Numbered from the stretch's first letter, positions 44,352 through 53,282 are shown. The stretch: 60,221 nt of DNA from Acidobacteriota bacterium (GCA_019244185.1 JAFATB010000007.1:1-60221), one strand, 5' to 3'. Notes: generated by a model not told the origin, from the sequence alone. Translations and numbers: made by a program.

Positions 44352-46694
44352 ATGCTCCGTACACGCATCTTTGCGTCGGTACTTCTATTTGTCGCAGTCT
44401 CCGCGGCTGCTTACGAACGGCCGCTCACCTTCGAGGCGAACCGCGGGCAGTTCGTTTCCGGTGTGCTCTATGCCGCGCGCGGTCCGCAATACTGCGTCGC
44501 GGTCGATCGCAACGGCGCGACGCTGCATCTCGATGACGCCACGCTGCGCCTGCAATGGATTGGCGCGTCGGCGGGCGCGCGCATCGAGGCCATCGACGAG
44601 TTGGCGGCGAAGTCGAGCTACTTCCTCGGCAACGATCCGTCGTGGTGGACGCACAACATTCCGAACTACGCGCGCGTGCGCCAGGCGAACGTCTGGCCCG
44701 GCATCGACGCGATCTACTACGGCACCGGCGCGCAGCTCGAATACGACCTCGTCGCCGCGCCGGGCGCGGACCCGTCGCAGATCGCGCTGCGTTTCCGCGG
44801 CGCGCAGCACGTCGCGCTCGATGGCGATGGGCGTCTTCATCTGCGCGTCGGCGGCCGCGACGTCATTCAGAACGCGCCGGTCGCCTACCAGGACGTCGCG
44901 GGCGTGCGGCGCGAGATCGATGCGCACTACGTCGTCGACGGCTCGCGCGTCCGCTTCCGGATCGGCGCGTACGACCGCACGCGTCCGCTGGTGATCGATC
45001 CGGTGCTCGTCTACTCGACGTATTTCGGGCAGCCCGGCTTCGAGACCTACATCCACTCCGCCGCCGATGCCGCGGGCAACGTGTTCATTACCGCCTATCC
45101 CGGCATCAAGGGGCCGAGCACGCTGCAGTTCTCGCCCGGCGGCGGCTCCGACATCTCCATCACCAAGTTCGCTCCCGACGGGCAGACGCTGCTCTTCTCG
45201 ATCTACTTCGGCGGCACGTCGCTCGAGTATCCGCGCGGACTCGCGACCGATCTCGCCGGCAACGTCTATGTCCTCGGCTGGACATCCTCGACCGACTTCC
45301 CGATCGTCAACGCCGTCCAGCCGGTGAACGCCGGCTGCAACGAGCTGTTCGTCTCGAAGATCTCCGCCGACGGCTCGCAGCTTCTTTACTCGACGTACTA
45401 CGGCGGCTCGGGCTGCGAGTTCGGTGGCGACGACATCGCCGTCGACGCGCTCGGCCAGGCGGTCGTCACCGCGCAGACGAATTCGACCGACTTCCCCGTC
45501 GTGAACGCGTATCAGCCGGTGAACACCGCGGGCACGACCGGCGTGGTGTTCAAGCTGAACGCCGCGGGCAACGGCATTCTCTTCTCGACCTACTTCGGCA
45601 GCCCGACGAGCCTCGGCGACGGCTTCGGCGTCGCGGCCGATGCGCTCGGCAACAGCTACGTCGTCGCGAGCACCACGGCTTCCGACTTCCCGACGCTCAA
45701 CGCCACGCAGCCGGCGCTCAACGGCGCGCGCGACGGCTGGATCGCGAAGTTCGATCCGGCCGGTGCGCTGGTCTACTCGACGTACTTCGGCGGCAGCGGC
45801 GACGACGAGTTCTACGGCGTGGCCGCGGACGCGCTCGGCAACGCGTACGCCACCGGCATCACATTCTCGTCCGACTACCCCGCCACTCCCGGCGCCTTGC
45901 AGACGACGTGCGGCGGCGGTACCGCCGTTCCGTGCAACGACGCCACGCTCACGAAGTTCGATCCGAGCGGAGCCGTCGTTTACTCGAGCTACCTCGGCGG
46001 CTCGGGCGATGACGAGGCGTGGGACGTCGCCATCGACGCGACCGGGCGCGCGGTGGTCGTCGGCAATACGCGGTCGAACAACTTCTCGCTCGTGGGCGCG
46101 ACGCAGAGCGTCCTGACGAGCGTGAGCTGTCCGTTCGTCACGCGCGTTTCGGCCGCCGGCAATGCGACGGACTTCTCGACCTATCACGGCGGCGGATTCA
46201 GCGGGCAGGCGTACGGCGACGAAGTGAGCGTCGACGCGGCCGGCAACATCTACGCGAGCGGCGGCACGACGCAGACGGACTTTCCGACGCTGAACGCGCT
46301 CTTCCCGACGCTCGCCGGAGGCCGCGACTGCTGGATCGCGAAGTTCGGCGACGTCGTCCTCATCACGCCGTCGCCGTCGGTGCTCGCGGCGAAGGGCGGC
46401 GCCAATCACAAGCTCGTGCCGGTCACGCTCGCGTACGGCGATCCATCGGCGTCGAGCGCGCGCCTGACGTCGAGTTCCTCGCCGGCCTGCAGCGTTTCGG
46501 TGATGAGCAACGAACCGGTCAACGGCACCGGCGACGGCGACACGTCACCCGACTGGATCATCGTCGATCCGCATCACGTGCAGCTGCGCGCCGAGCGCGC
46601 CGGAAACGGCAACGGGCGCGTCTACACGATCAAGGTCACCTGCCCGACCGCGTCCGGCCAGACGACGGTCTCCGTGCCGAAAGACAAGAAGTAA
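44352..46694 (+). CDS. Secreted SBBP-repeat (beta-propeller) cell-surface protein
   Basis: PLTFEANRGQ, LEYDLVAAPGADP, LVIDPVLVYSTY; repeated YSTY.GGSG.D/E...DA.GN.Y..G.T.S.DFP; C-terminal LRAERAGNGNGRVYTI domain. Confidence 0.9.
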   Translation: MLRTRIFASVLLFVAVSAAAYERPLTFEANRGQFVSGVLYAARGPQYCVAVDRNGATLHLDDATLRLQWIGASAGARIEAIDELAAKSSYFLGNDPSWWTHNIPNYARVRQANVWPGIDAIYYGTGAQLEYDLVAAPGADPSQIALRFRGAQHVALDGDGRLHLRVGGRDVIQNAPVAYQDVAGVRREIDAHYVVDGSRVRFRIGAYDRTRPLVIDPVLVYSTYFGQPGFETYIHSAADAAGNVFITAYPGIKGPSTLQFSPGGGSDISITKFAPDGQTLLFSIYFGGTSLEYPRGLATDLAGNVYVLGWTSSTDFPIVNAVQPVNAGCNELFVSKISADGSQLLYSTYYGGSGCEFGGDDIAVDALGQAVVTAQTNSTDFPVVNAYQPVNTAGTTGVVFKLNAAGNGILFSTYFGSPTSLGDGFGVAADALGNSYVVASTTASDFPTLNATQPALNGARDGWIAKFDPAGALVYSTYFGGSGDDEFYGVAADALGNAYATGITFSSDYPATPGALQTTCGGGTAVPCNDATLTKFDPSGAVVYSSYLGGSGDDEAWDVAIDATGRAVVVGNTRSNNFSLVGATQSVLTSVSCPFVTRVSAAGNATDFSTYHGGGFSGQAYGDEVSVDAAGNIYASGGTTQTDFPTLNALFPTLAGGRDCWIAKFGDVVLITPSPSVLAAKGGANHKLVPVTLAYGDPSASSARLTSSSSPACSVSVMSNEPVNGTGDGDTSPDWIIVDPHHVQLRAERAGNGNGRVYTIKVTCPTASGQTTVSVPKDKK

Positions 46695-46704
46695 CCACGA
46701 GGGC

Positions 46705-46738
46705 GGAAGGCGAAGCGCGGCGCGCTTCGCCTTCCTTT
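46705..46738 (+). terminator. Rho-independent terminator between convergent genes
   Basis: GGAAGGCGAAGCGC-GGC-GCGCTTCGCCTTCC-TTT. Confidence 0.8.
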
Positions 46739-46758
46739 CATCGCGAGGTGCGCACCGG

Positions 46759-47826
46759 TCACGGTTTCGATGGTGGCGGCGGCGGTGGAGGCGGCGGCAC
46801 CTCGACGCGCTTCGTGCTCGCGACGCCACGCTCGCGCTCTTCCGCTTCGCGTTTCATCCGCTCGCGCACGCCGCCGTCGATCGTGCGGCCCTCCGGCATC
46901 GGCTCGTAGATCGCGCCTTTCGTCGGCGGCGCGGGAGGCGCGGTCACGATCTGGTAGTGATGCGCGATGTTCGCGGAGATGCGCTCGGTGAGATCGGGGA
47001 AAAGGTGGTGCGAGAGGTACGAGCCTTTCGCTTTCCAGCCGACGGCCAGCTCTTCGTGCGGATGCAAAGAGATCCAGACGACGGCGTTCACGATCTTCTG
47101 CGGATCCTCCATCGCGGCCATGCGCGGCGTGCCGCCGCTGTAGTTCGCGGCGTGCGCCCACCACGGCGTGTCCGCCGCCCACGGCATGACCGTCGCCACC
47201 GAGATGCGACCGAGGCGCGCGAGGCGCAGCTCCTCGTTCAGCGCGCGGCCGAGGCTGAGCACTCCCGCTTTCGTCGCGGAGTACGTGGCCTGATACGCGA
47301 GCGGCACTTCGCTGTCGACCGAGCCCATGTTCACGACGGTGCCGTAGCCCTGCTGGCGGAACTGCCGGATCGCGACGTAGCTGCCGTAGATGACGCTCTT
47401 GAGATTCACGTCGACGAGGCGCGAGTAGTCTTCGATCGGCGCATCCCAAAAGCGGCTGATGACGCCGACGCCGACGTTGTTGATCCAGACGTCGATGTGG
47501 CCGAACTGCGTGACCGCGGCGGCGGCGAGCTTCTGCATGTCTTCGATGCGGCTCACGTCCGTCGTCACGACGAGCGGCGTGCCGCCGGCGGCGCGGACCT
47601 GCGCGGCCACTTCGTCGAGGAGCTCCGTGCGCCGCGCCGCGAGCACGACGTTCGCGTGACCGCGCGCCAGCTGCAGCGCGATGCCGCGGCCGAAGCCGCT
47701 CGACGCGCCGGTGACGACGAACGTGCGGCCGGCGAGGCTCTGCATATCGCGGCTGCTGGGCGACGACGCGCACGCGCCGAGAAACAGCAGCGCGGCGCCG
47801 AGAAACACGCGAGGAATCGATCTCAT
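46759..47826 (-). CDS. SDR-family oxidoreductase with N-terminal lipoprotein signal
   Basis: MRSIPRVFLGAALLFLGA-C; TGASSGFG, INNVG, NMGS, YSATK. Confidence 0.9.
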   Translation of the reverse strand: MRSIPRVFLGAALLFLGACASSPSSRDMQSLAGRTFVVTGASSGFGRGIALQLARGHANVVLAARRTELLDEVAAQVRAAGGTPLVVTTDVSRIEDMQKLAAAAVTQFGHIDVWINNVGVGVISRFWDAPIEDYSRLVDVNLKSVIYGSYVAIRQFRQQGYGTVVNMGSVDSEVPLAYQATYSATKAGVLSLGRALNEELRLARLGRISVATVMPWAADTPWWAHAANYSGGTPRMAAMEDPQKIVNAVVWISLHPHEELAVGWKAKGSYLSHHLFPDLTERISANIAHHYQIVTAPPAPPTKGAIYEPMPEGRTIDGGVRERMKREAEERERGVASTKRVEVPPPPPPPPPSKP

Positions 47827-47886
47827 GGCCGTTTGCGCATTGCGCAAATTAAGCCAGCACGAATCGCGTTAAATGAAAACGCGCAT

Positions 47887-49062
47887 CTACCGATCGCGAC
47901 GCACGCTGCGCCGGCACTTCGCCTCGGCGCGCGACTCGATCTGGCGGACGCGCTCGCGTGAGAGGCCGAGGATCTCGCCGATGTCGCGCAGCGTGAGCTC
48001 GTCGTCCTGCAGGACGCCGTAGCGCAGCTTCATGATCGTCTTCTCTTCGAGCGTCAGCGCGTCGACGGCCAGCTGCACGGCGCCGTGCTCGCGGAGGTTG
48101 CGGAGGAACGGCAGGCGGTCCTTCGCGACGTCGGGGCTCATGTCATCGCGGCGGTCGCCGAGCTCGTACCAGAAGTGCGGCCACGCCTTCGGGTTCGGGT
48201 TCGTGTAGAGCAGCAGCACGGCCAGCTCGCTCTCGCTGATCTCGAGCTTCGCGCAGACCTTCGCGTTCGCGCTGGCGAGCACCGCGGCGACGTTCGCCGG
48301 ATCGCGGTTGAGGAACGACGCCAGCTCGGCGACGCTCTTCGGGACGTTGTCGCTGACGCCGTGGCGCAGCGTCAGCACGAGCCGTTCTTTCGGCGAGAGC
48401 TCGCCCATGTGCGCGAGCAGCTCCTCGCGCCGCGACTGCTCCTGCATCTCGTCTTCGGCGGACGGAATCGTGGTCTGCTCGATGACGTCGGCGAGCTCGG
48501 TGTGCGATTCATCGTCGAGCTCCGCGTTGAGCGAGTAGTTGTCCGTGTTCGCCTGGAGCAGCGTCTGGATTTCCTTCACCGTGACGCCCAGGTTCTGCGC
48601 GAGCTCGTCGGGCGTCGGGATGTGATTCCCCTCGCTGATCGCGGTGGCGATCGCCTTCTCGAGGCGATACATCAGATTCGCGCGCTTCGGTGGAAGGCGG
48701 AACGCGCCGGCCTGTTCGGAGAGCGCGTGGAGGATGGCCTGGCGGATCCACCAGACGGCGTACGTGATGAACTTGACGTTCTTCTCGGGATCGAACTTCT
48801 TCGCCGCCTGGATGAGGCCGATGTTGCCCTCGTTGATGAGGTCGAGGAAGAGGACGTTCGCGTTGCGGTAGCGCTTTGCGTACGAGACCACGAAGCGGAG
48901 GTTGGCTTTGACGAGCTCCTCGAGCGCGGACTTGTCGTTCTCGCGCACGCGCCGGCCGAGCTCGCGCTCGCGCTCCGGCGTCAGCCGCGGGATCTTGGCG
49001 ATTTCCTGCAGGTAATGATTGAGGAGGTCGTACGAGTCGTCTCGTTCTTCATACCGCGCCAT
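47887..49062 (-). CDS. RpoD/RpoS-like sigma70 factor lacking region 1.1, with duplicated region 4
   Basis: YLQEIAKIPRLT (1.2), ANLRFVVSYAKRY, DLINEGNIGL..AA.KFDP, KFITYAVWWIRQAI, TLRDIGEILGLSRERVRQIE. Confidence 0.93.
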   Translation of the reverse strand: MARYEERDDSYDLLNHYLQEIAKIPRLTPERERELGRRVRENDKSALEELVKANLRFVVSYAKRYRNANVLFLDLINEGNIGLIQAAKKFDPEKNVKFITYAVWWIRQAILHALSEQAGAFRLPPKRANLMYRLEKAIATAISEGNHIPTPDELAQNLGVTVKEIQTLLQANTDNYSLNAELDDESHTELADVIEQTTIPSAEDEMQEQSRREELLAHMGELSPKERLVLTLRHGVSDNVPKSVAELASFLNRDPANVAAVLASANAKVCAKLEISESELAVLLLYTNPNPKAWPHFWYELGDRRDDMSPDVAKDRLPFLRNLREHGAVQLAVDALTLEEKTIMKLRYGVLQDDELTLRDIGEILGLSRERVRQIESRAEAKCRRSVRRDR

Positions 49063-49105
49063 GATCGAGGAGCGACGATTCTACACGCTCGACACGGCGC
49101 CGCGT

Positions 49106-49597
49106 TCAATGCGGCACCGTGTCGCGCACCTCGGTCACCACTTCGCGCGGACTGCGCGCGAGCTCGCGTGCGACGGCGTCGGTGTCGACCTCGACGCGCA
49201 CGAGCACCGTGTCTTCGTCATCGTGCGCGAGGACCATCAGGTCGATGCGCTTTCCGTTCGGCGACGGCTTCGCGTAAATGAAACTCCACTCGCCAGTTCG
49301 GCGCGACCACGTCTGCACGAGCGGCGAGAATCCGGGGCCGACTTTCGTGCGCATGATGTCGCGCAGGCGTTGCGGATCCGCCTCGCCGCCGCCTTCGTAC
49401 GTCACGAGCTGGAAGTCGTGCACGCCGGCGGGATCGACCATCCAGACGGCGACGCGCGCCAGTCCGAGGAACGGAATCCACCGGCGGTGGAGTCCGTGTT
49501 CGCGGCCGACCGCGTGCGCGACGTCGTCGAATCCGGCGTGCAGCGGCAGCGCGGCGGCGGCGAAGAGCGCGAGCGCGAGAAGCGATCGCTTAGTCAT
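49106..49597 (-). CDS. Secreted hypothetical protein, distantly DUF4252-like
   Basis: Signal peptide; FSPLVQTWSRRTGEWSFIY resembles WKPLVNVRSRTKENVSIF of the neighbouring gene. Confidence 0.75.
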   Translation of the reverse strand: MTKRSLLALALFAAAALPLHAGFDDVAHAVGREHGLHRRWIPFLGLARVAVWMVDPAGVHDFQLVTYEGGGEADPQRLRDIMRTKVGPGFSPLVQTWSRRTGEWSFIYAKPSPNGKRIDLMVLAHDDEDTVLVRVEVDTDAVARELARSPREVVTEVRDTVPH

Positions 49598-50120
49598 GCG
49601 ACTTCTCCCGCGCCGAGAACCGCGGAATCCCGAACTCTCCTTCGAGCGACGCGAGCCGATCGATGTCGACCGGGCCGACGATGTTGACGACCGTGAACTC
49701 GTGCGGCTCGGCGGAGATGATGACGAGGCCGTTCACCTTGTCGCCGCGCATGTCGGCGAAGATGCTGACGTTCTCCTTCGTGCGGCTGCGCACGTTGACG
49801 AGCGGCTTCCAGTTCGCGCCGAGCTGCGAGCGCACGCGGTCGGCCGACGCGCGCGGGTCGTAGTCGCCATCGCTGCCGAAGTCGTAGCTGCGCACGTACA
49901 CGCCTTCGAGGTTGTGGATCATGTCGCGGACGTTCCGCTGATCCGCGTCGTCGTTGCTGAGAAACTTCGCGGCCATGCGGAGCATCGTGGCGTCGAGCGT
50001 GACGTCGACGACTTCATCCGCTTTGTCGGCGAGCCCTGGGAAGTCGAGGTTGATCTGTTGCGCCGCGGCGGGAAACGCGGCGGCGATGGTGAAGACGAGG
50101 ACGAGCAATCCGGTTTTCAT
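49590..50120 (-). CDS. DUF4252-family secreted protein
   Basis: Signal peptide; LADKADEVVDVTLD, GVYVRSYDF, VVNIVGPVDIDRLASLEGEFGIP. Confidence 0.85.
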   Translation of the reverse strand: MKTGLLVLVFTIAAAFPAAAQQINLDFPGLADKADEVVDVTLDATMLRMAAKFLSNDDADQRNVRDMIHNLEGVYVRSYDFGSDGDYDPRASADRVRSQLGANWKPLVNVRSRTKENVSIFADMRGDKVNGLVIISAEPHEFTVVNIVGPVDIDRLASLEGEFGIPRFSAREKSHD

Positions 50121-50137
50121 GTTCTTTCTCCTGTGGT

Positions 50138-50446
50138 TCAGCGTTCCGATCCGATCCCGTGCACCTGCTGCCGCGCGTAGCGCATCTTCGCGCCGGCGAT
50201 GCGCATGGCGAGCAGCACCTGGTCGCGGGCGTGCTCGCCGCGACGCTGCTCGATGACGTGATGCGCGGTGTAGCCGCCGAGGAGCGCGGCCAGCGTGAGC
50301 GAGGCCGCCGCGGCGCGCCACCAGACGGGCCGCACGCGCCGCGCCTGCACGCCTTCGCGTTCGATGCGCTGCATCACGCGTCCGGCGAAGCCGGGAGGCG
50401 GCGGCGTGCGCCGCAGCGCGCGGGTCAGATCGCGTTCGAGGTTCAT
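50138..50446 (-). CDS. Putative single-TM anti-sigma factor
   Basis: LERDLTRALRR.PPPPGFA.RV N-terminus, one TM; directly downstream of the ECF sigma. Confidence 0.75.
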   Translation of the reverse strand: MNLERDLTRALRRTPPPPGFAGRVMQRIEREGVQARRVRPVWWRAAAASLTLAALLGGYTAHHVIEQRRGEHARDQVLLAMRIAGAKMRYARQQVHGIGSER

Positions 50447-50448
50447 GG

Positions 50449-50988
50449 TCAGTGACTCTCCAGTTTTCTGCGCAACGCCTGCAGTGCGCGGTGCAGATGA
50501 CTCTTGACGGTGTTGACGGGCATGCCGACGATCCGGCAGATTTCGGCCGGATCGAGATCTTCCTGATAGCGCAGCGTGACGACGGCGCGCTGGACGTCCG
50601 GCAACTCGCCGACGAGCTGGCGCAAGCGCTTGTCGAGCAGCGGATCGGCCGCGTGCTCGCGCGCGGGCAAGTCTCCCGCGTCGTCGAGACTCACGGCTTT
50701 GAGCCGGCTGCGGCGCGTGACGTCGATGCAGCGCCGCGTCGCCACCTGCCGCAGCCAGAACAAGAGGTGCGACTCCGACTCGATCGTGGCGAGGTTGCGG
50801 TAGAGCTGCAAGAAGACGTCCTGCGCGATCTCTTCCGCCTTGCCGCGGTCGCCGAAGAAGTTCCAGGCCACGCTGTACACCATCGCCTCGTGCGTCTCGA
50901 TGAGCTCCGCGAAGGCGTCGTGATCGCCGCCGCGCGCTCTCGCGAGCACCGTGGGCATTGCGATCACTTCCGTGGCCATCGCCGTCAT
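50449..50988 (-). CDS. ECF sigma factor (RpoE/SigW-like)
   Basis: GDHDAFAELI, AEEIAQDVFL, WLRQVA, LRYQEDL...EI, TVKSHLHRAL. Confidence 0.93.
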   Translation of the reverse strand: MTAMATEVIAMPTVLARARGGDHDAFAELIETHEAMVYSVAWNFFGDRGKAEEIAQDVFLQLYRNLATIESESHLLFWLRQVATRRCIDVTRRSRLKAVSLDDAGDLPAREHAADPLLDKRLRQLVGELPDVQRAVVTLRYQEDLDPAEICRIVGMPVNTVKSHLHRALQALRRKLESH

Positions 50989-51000
50989 GCTGGAGCTATA

Positions 51001-51026
51001 TACGCAGGATTGCGGAATCGGGTGCA
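51001..51026 (-). promoter_or_regulatory. Putative autoregulatory ECF promoter TGCACC-N16-CGTA
   Basis: Resembles the SigW-type TGAAAC-N16-CGTA layout, 12 nt upstream of the sigma ATG. Confidence 0.55.
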
Positions 51027-51089
51027 GGACGGCCGGAAAAGCGGCCGCGGCGTCCCTCTCATCAGCATCCACGGAAAAGGAGGAACGTC

Positions 51090-52106
51090 ATGCCATCCGC
51101 TTACCCGGACATCCACCCTTCTCTCCTCGGCGCGAAGGCCGAGGCCTCCGCGCTCTACCTGCGTCCGGGCGCGGAAACGTTCAGCGCGCGCGCCGCGAAA
51201 GCGGTCGTCGCCGCCGCCTCGCCCACCGGCAACATCGTGGCCGTCGGCGTCGGCGAGAAGGTCACGAAAGGGATCGCCACCGGCGTGCGCGCGGTGAAGG
51301 TGTTCGTGCGCGTGAAGTTCGCGAGCGAAGTCCTCAGCGACGACGAGCGCATCGCGCCGGCGATCAACGGCGTGCCCGTCGACGTCGAGCAGATCGGCAC
51401 CGTGCGCGCGTTCCGCGCGGAGACGCAGGGCGTGGTGATGCCGAACCCGCGCATCCGCCGCCGTCCCGCGCAGCCGGGCTGCTCGATCGGCTTCATCGAC
51501 GACGAGCTGGCGATGGCAGGGACGTTCGGCGCGCTCGTCAAACGCGGCACGAAGCTGTTCATCCTTAGCAACAACCACGTGCTCGCCAACGAGAACCAGC
51601 TGCCGGCCGGCGCGGCGATCGCGGAGCCGGGCACGCTCGATCACGGCCGCACGACGGACGCGATCGCGAAGCTCGCGCAGTTCATCGAGCTGAAGCTGCC
51701 GCCGCAGATGAACCGCGTCGACGCCGCGCTCGCCGAGGTGACGAAGCCCGATGCCGTGTCGCGCGACATCCTCTTCATCGGCGCGCCGCGCACGCCCGCC
51801 GCCGCGCGCATCGACATGATCGTGCAGAAGTTCGGACGCACGACGTCGTATCGCGCGGGACGCGTGATCAGCGTGGCCACGGACGTGAAGGTCGGCTACG
51901 ACATCGGCGAGCTGCTCTTTGAGAATCAGGTGATCGTGCAGGGACTGAACGGCCAGGCGTTCAGCGCCGCGGGCGATTCCGGCTCGCTCATCACCGAGCG
52001 CACGACGAACCGCGCGGTGGGACTGCTCTTCGCCGGCTCGTCATCGCACACGATCGCGAACCACGTCGAAGACGTCCTCGCCGCACTGCGCGTGCGGCTG
52101 GCGTAG
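51090..52106 (+). CDS. NAL1-like trypsin-fold (PA clan) serine protease, no signal peptide
   Basis: AAGGAGG RBS; RPAQPGCSIG, AGTFGALV, LSNNHVL (His), VDAALA (Asp), KFGRTT, FSAAGDSGSL (Ser), GLLFAG. Confidence 0.88.
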   Translation: MPSAYPDIHPSLLGAKAEASALYLRPGAETFSARAAKAVVAAASPTGNIVAVGVGEKVTKGIATGVRAVKVFVRVKFASEVLSDDERIAPAINGVPVDVEQIGTVRAFRAETQGVVMPNPRIRRRPAQPGCSIGFIDDELAMAGTFGALVKRGTKLFILSNNHVLANENQLPAGAAIAEPGTLDHGRTTDAIAKLAQFIELKLPPQMNRVDAALAEVTKPDAVSRDILFIGAPRTPAAARIDMIVQKFGRTTSYRAGRVISVATDVKVGYDIGELLFENQVIVQGLNGQAFSAAGDSGSLITERTTNRAVGLLFAGSSSHTIANHVEDVLAALRVRLA

Positions 52107-52116
52107 GAGCGGACGA

Positions 52117-52329
52117 ATGGCCACCGAAGCAGACATCCGGCAACTGAAGCAGCGGCACGGCGCGAGGCTCCTCGAACATCCGAACGTCTCCGCCGTGGGA
52201 GTGGAGCGCGACGAAGGCGGCGGCTACGCGCTCACCGTCGACGTCCGCGGCGATGCGCAGGATCTTCCCGAGGAGCTCGAGGGGCATCGCATCCGCTACG
52301 TCACGCGCGGTCCGTACACGAAGCAGTAG
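52117..52329 (+). CDS. 70-aa protein resembling the N-terminal domain of the upstream protease
   Basis: AGGAG RBS; HPNVSAVGV...LTVDV...LPEELEGHRIRYVTRG aligns by eye with GNIVAVGV...VKVFV...IAPAINGVPVDVEQIG. Confidence 0.8.
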   Translation: MATEADIRQLKQRHGARLLEHPNVSAVGVERDEGGGYALTVDVRGDAQDLPEELEGHRIRYVTRGPYTKQ

Positions 52330-52367
52330 ACGGATACGGTTCAGGGTTCGGTGGTAGGCTGCCGATC

Positions 52368-52772
52368 ATGGCAAATGACACGCTCGACGGTCAGTGGATG
52401 GGCGTCTCGCTCACGGTGAACGATCTCGAAAGGAGCGTCGCGTGGTATCGCGACGTCGCGGGCTTCACGGTCGCGCAGACGCACGAGCGCGAAGGGAAGC
52501 TCGTCGCGGCGTCGCTGCGTGGCGGCAACGCGCGCATCCTCCTCGCGCAGGACGACGGCGCGCGCGGCGCAAACCGCGCGAAGGGCGAAGGCTTCTCGAT
52601 CATGGTCGTGACCGAGCAGAACATCGACGCGCTGGCGGATGGAATCCGCGCACGCGGCGGGACGCTGGCCGCGGAGCCGGCGGACATGCCGTGGGGCGCG
52701 CGCGTCTTCCGCGTGCACGACCCCGACGGCTTCCGCATCGCGATCTCCACGGACCCGCGACCGCAGAGCTGA
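52368..52772 (+). CDS. VOC/glyoxalase-family protein
   Basis: LTVNDLERSVAWYRDVAGF, PADMPWGARVF.V.DPDGF. Confidence 0.9.
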   Translation: MANDTLDGQWMGVSLTVNDLERSVAWYRDVAGFTVAQTHEREGKLVAASLRGGNARILLAQDDGARGANRAKGEGFSIMVVTEQNIDALADGIRARGGTLAAEPADMPWGARVFRVHDPDGFRIAISTDPRPQS

Positions 52773-52782
52773 GCCCTTCCGT

Positions 52783-52817
52783 TGCGGCTGCCGTGAACGA
52801 TGTCCAAGGCAGCCGCA
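52783..52817. terminator. Hairpin between convergent genes
   Basis: TGCGGCTGCC-N15-GGCAGCCGCA. Confidence 0.55.
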
Positions 52818-52823
52818 CGTGAA

Positions 52824-53282
52824 TCAGTGCTGCGGTTCGGGCGGCGGGGGCGGCGGCATCTCCGGCTGCATCTTGCCGCGGTGGCAGGTCCAGCAGCCGG
52901 CGCGCGCGGGCTGTTCGCTCGCCTCGCGCGGGAGCTTGGCGAGGTAGTCGTCGTTGATACGCATGACCATGCGGATCATCGTGCGGGCGACGTTCTTCTC
53001 GGGCTTGGTGTCGAGCGCGAAGTCGAGCTTCTGCGGATCGTTCGCGCTCGCGGCGTGGCAGCCGTCGCAGCGCGTGCCGAGGGAGCGGGAGAAGTTGCGC
53101 ATCGCGGCGATCAGCTCCTCGCGCGAGATCGTGGGCGGGAACACCTGCAGGTTGCGGAACTCCGATTTCGGTTTGGCGGCAGGCGTCGCGGCCGCGGCGG
53201 GCGCGGACGTCTGCGAAGTGGTCTGGCAACCGAACACCATCAGCGCGGCAGCGAGGAGAGCGAGCCCGTTTCGTCGCGTCAT
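52824..53282 (-). CDS. Diheme c-type cytochrome lipoprotein (short reaction-centre cytochrome c subunit-like family)
   Basis: VFG-C lipobox; M..FSRSLG..CDGCH and ARTMIRM...CWTCHRG. Confidence 0.88.
   Translation of the reverse strand: MTRRNGLALLAAALMVFGCQTTSQTSAPAAAATPAAKPKSEFRNLQVFPPTISREELIAAMRNFSRSLGTRCDGCHAASANDPQKLDFALDTKPEKNVARTMIRMVMRINDDYLAKLPREASEQPARAGCWTCHRGKMQPEMPPPPPPEPQH

Noticed and set aside
45000-46350. Repeated DNA motifs (TACTCGACGTAC..CGGCGGC) as a possible CRISPR or repeat array
   Set aside because: They are in-frame SBBP protein repeats, degenerate and irregularly spaced; no cas genes are present.
52824-53282. Phototrophy suggested by a reaction-centre cytochrome-like protein
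   Set aside because: Only two CxxCH motifs and no puf/psc/bch genes in the window; short homologues occur in non-phototrophs.
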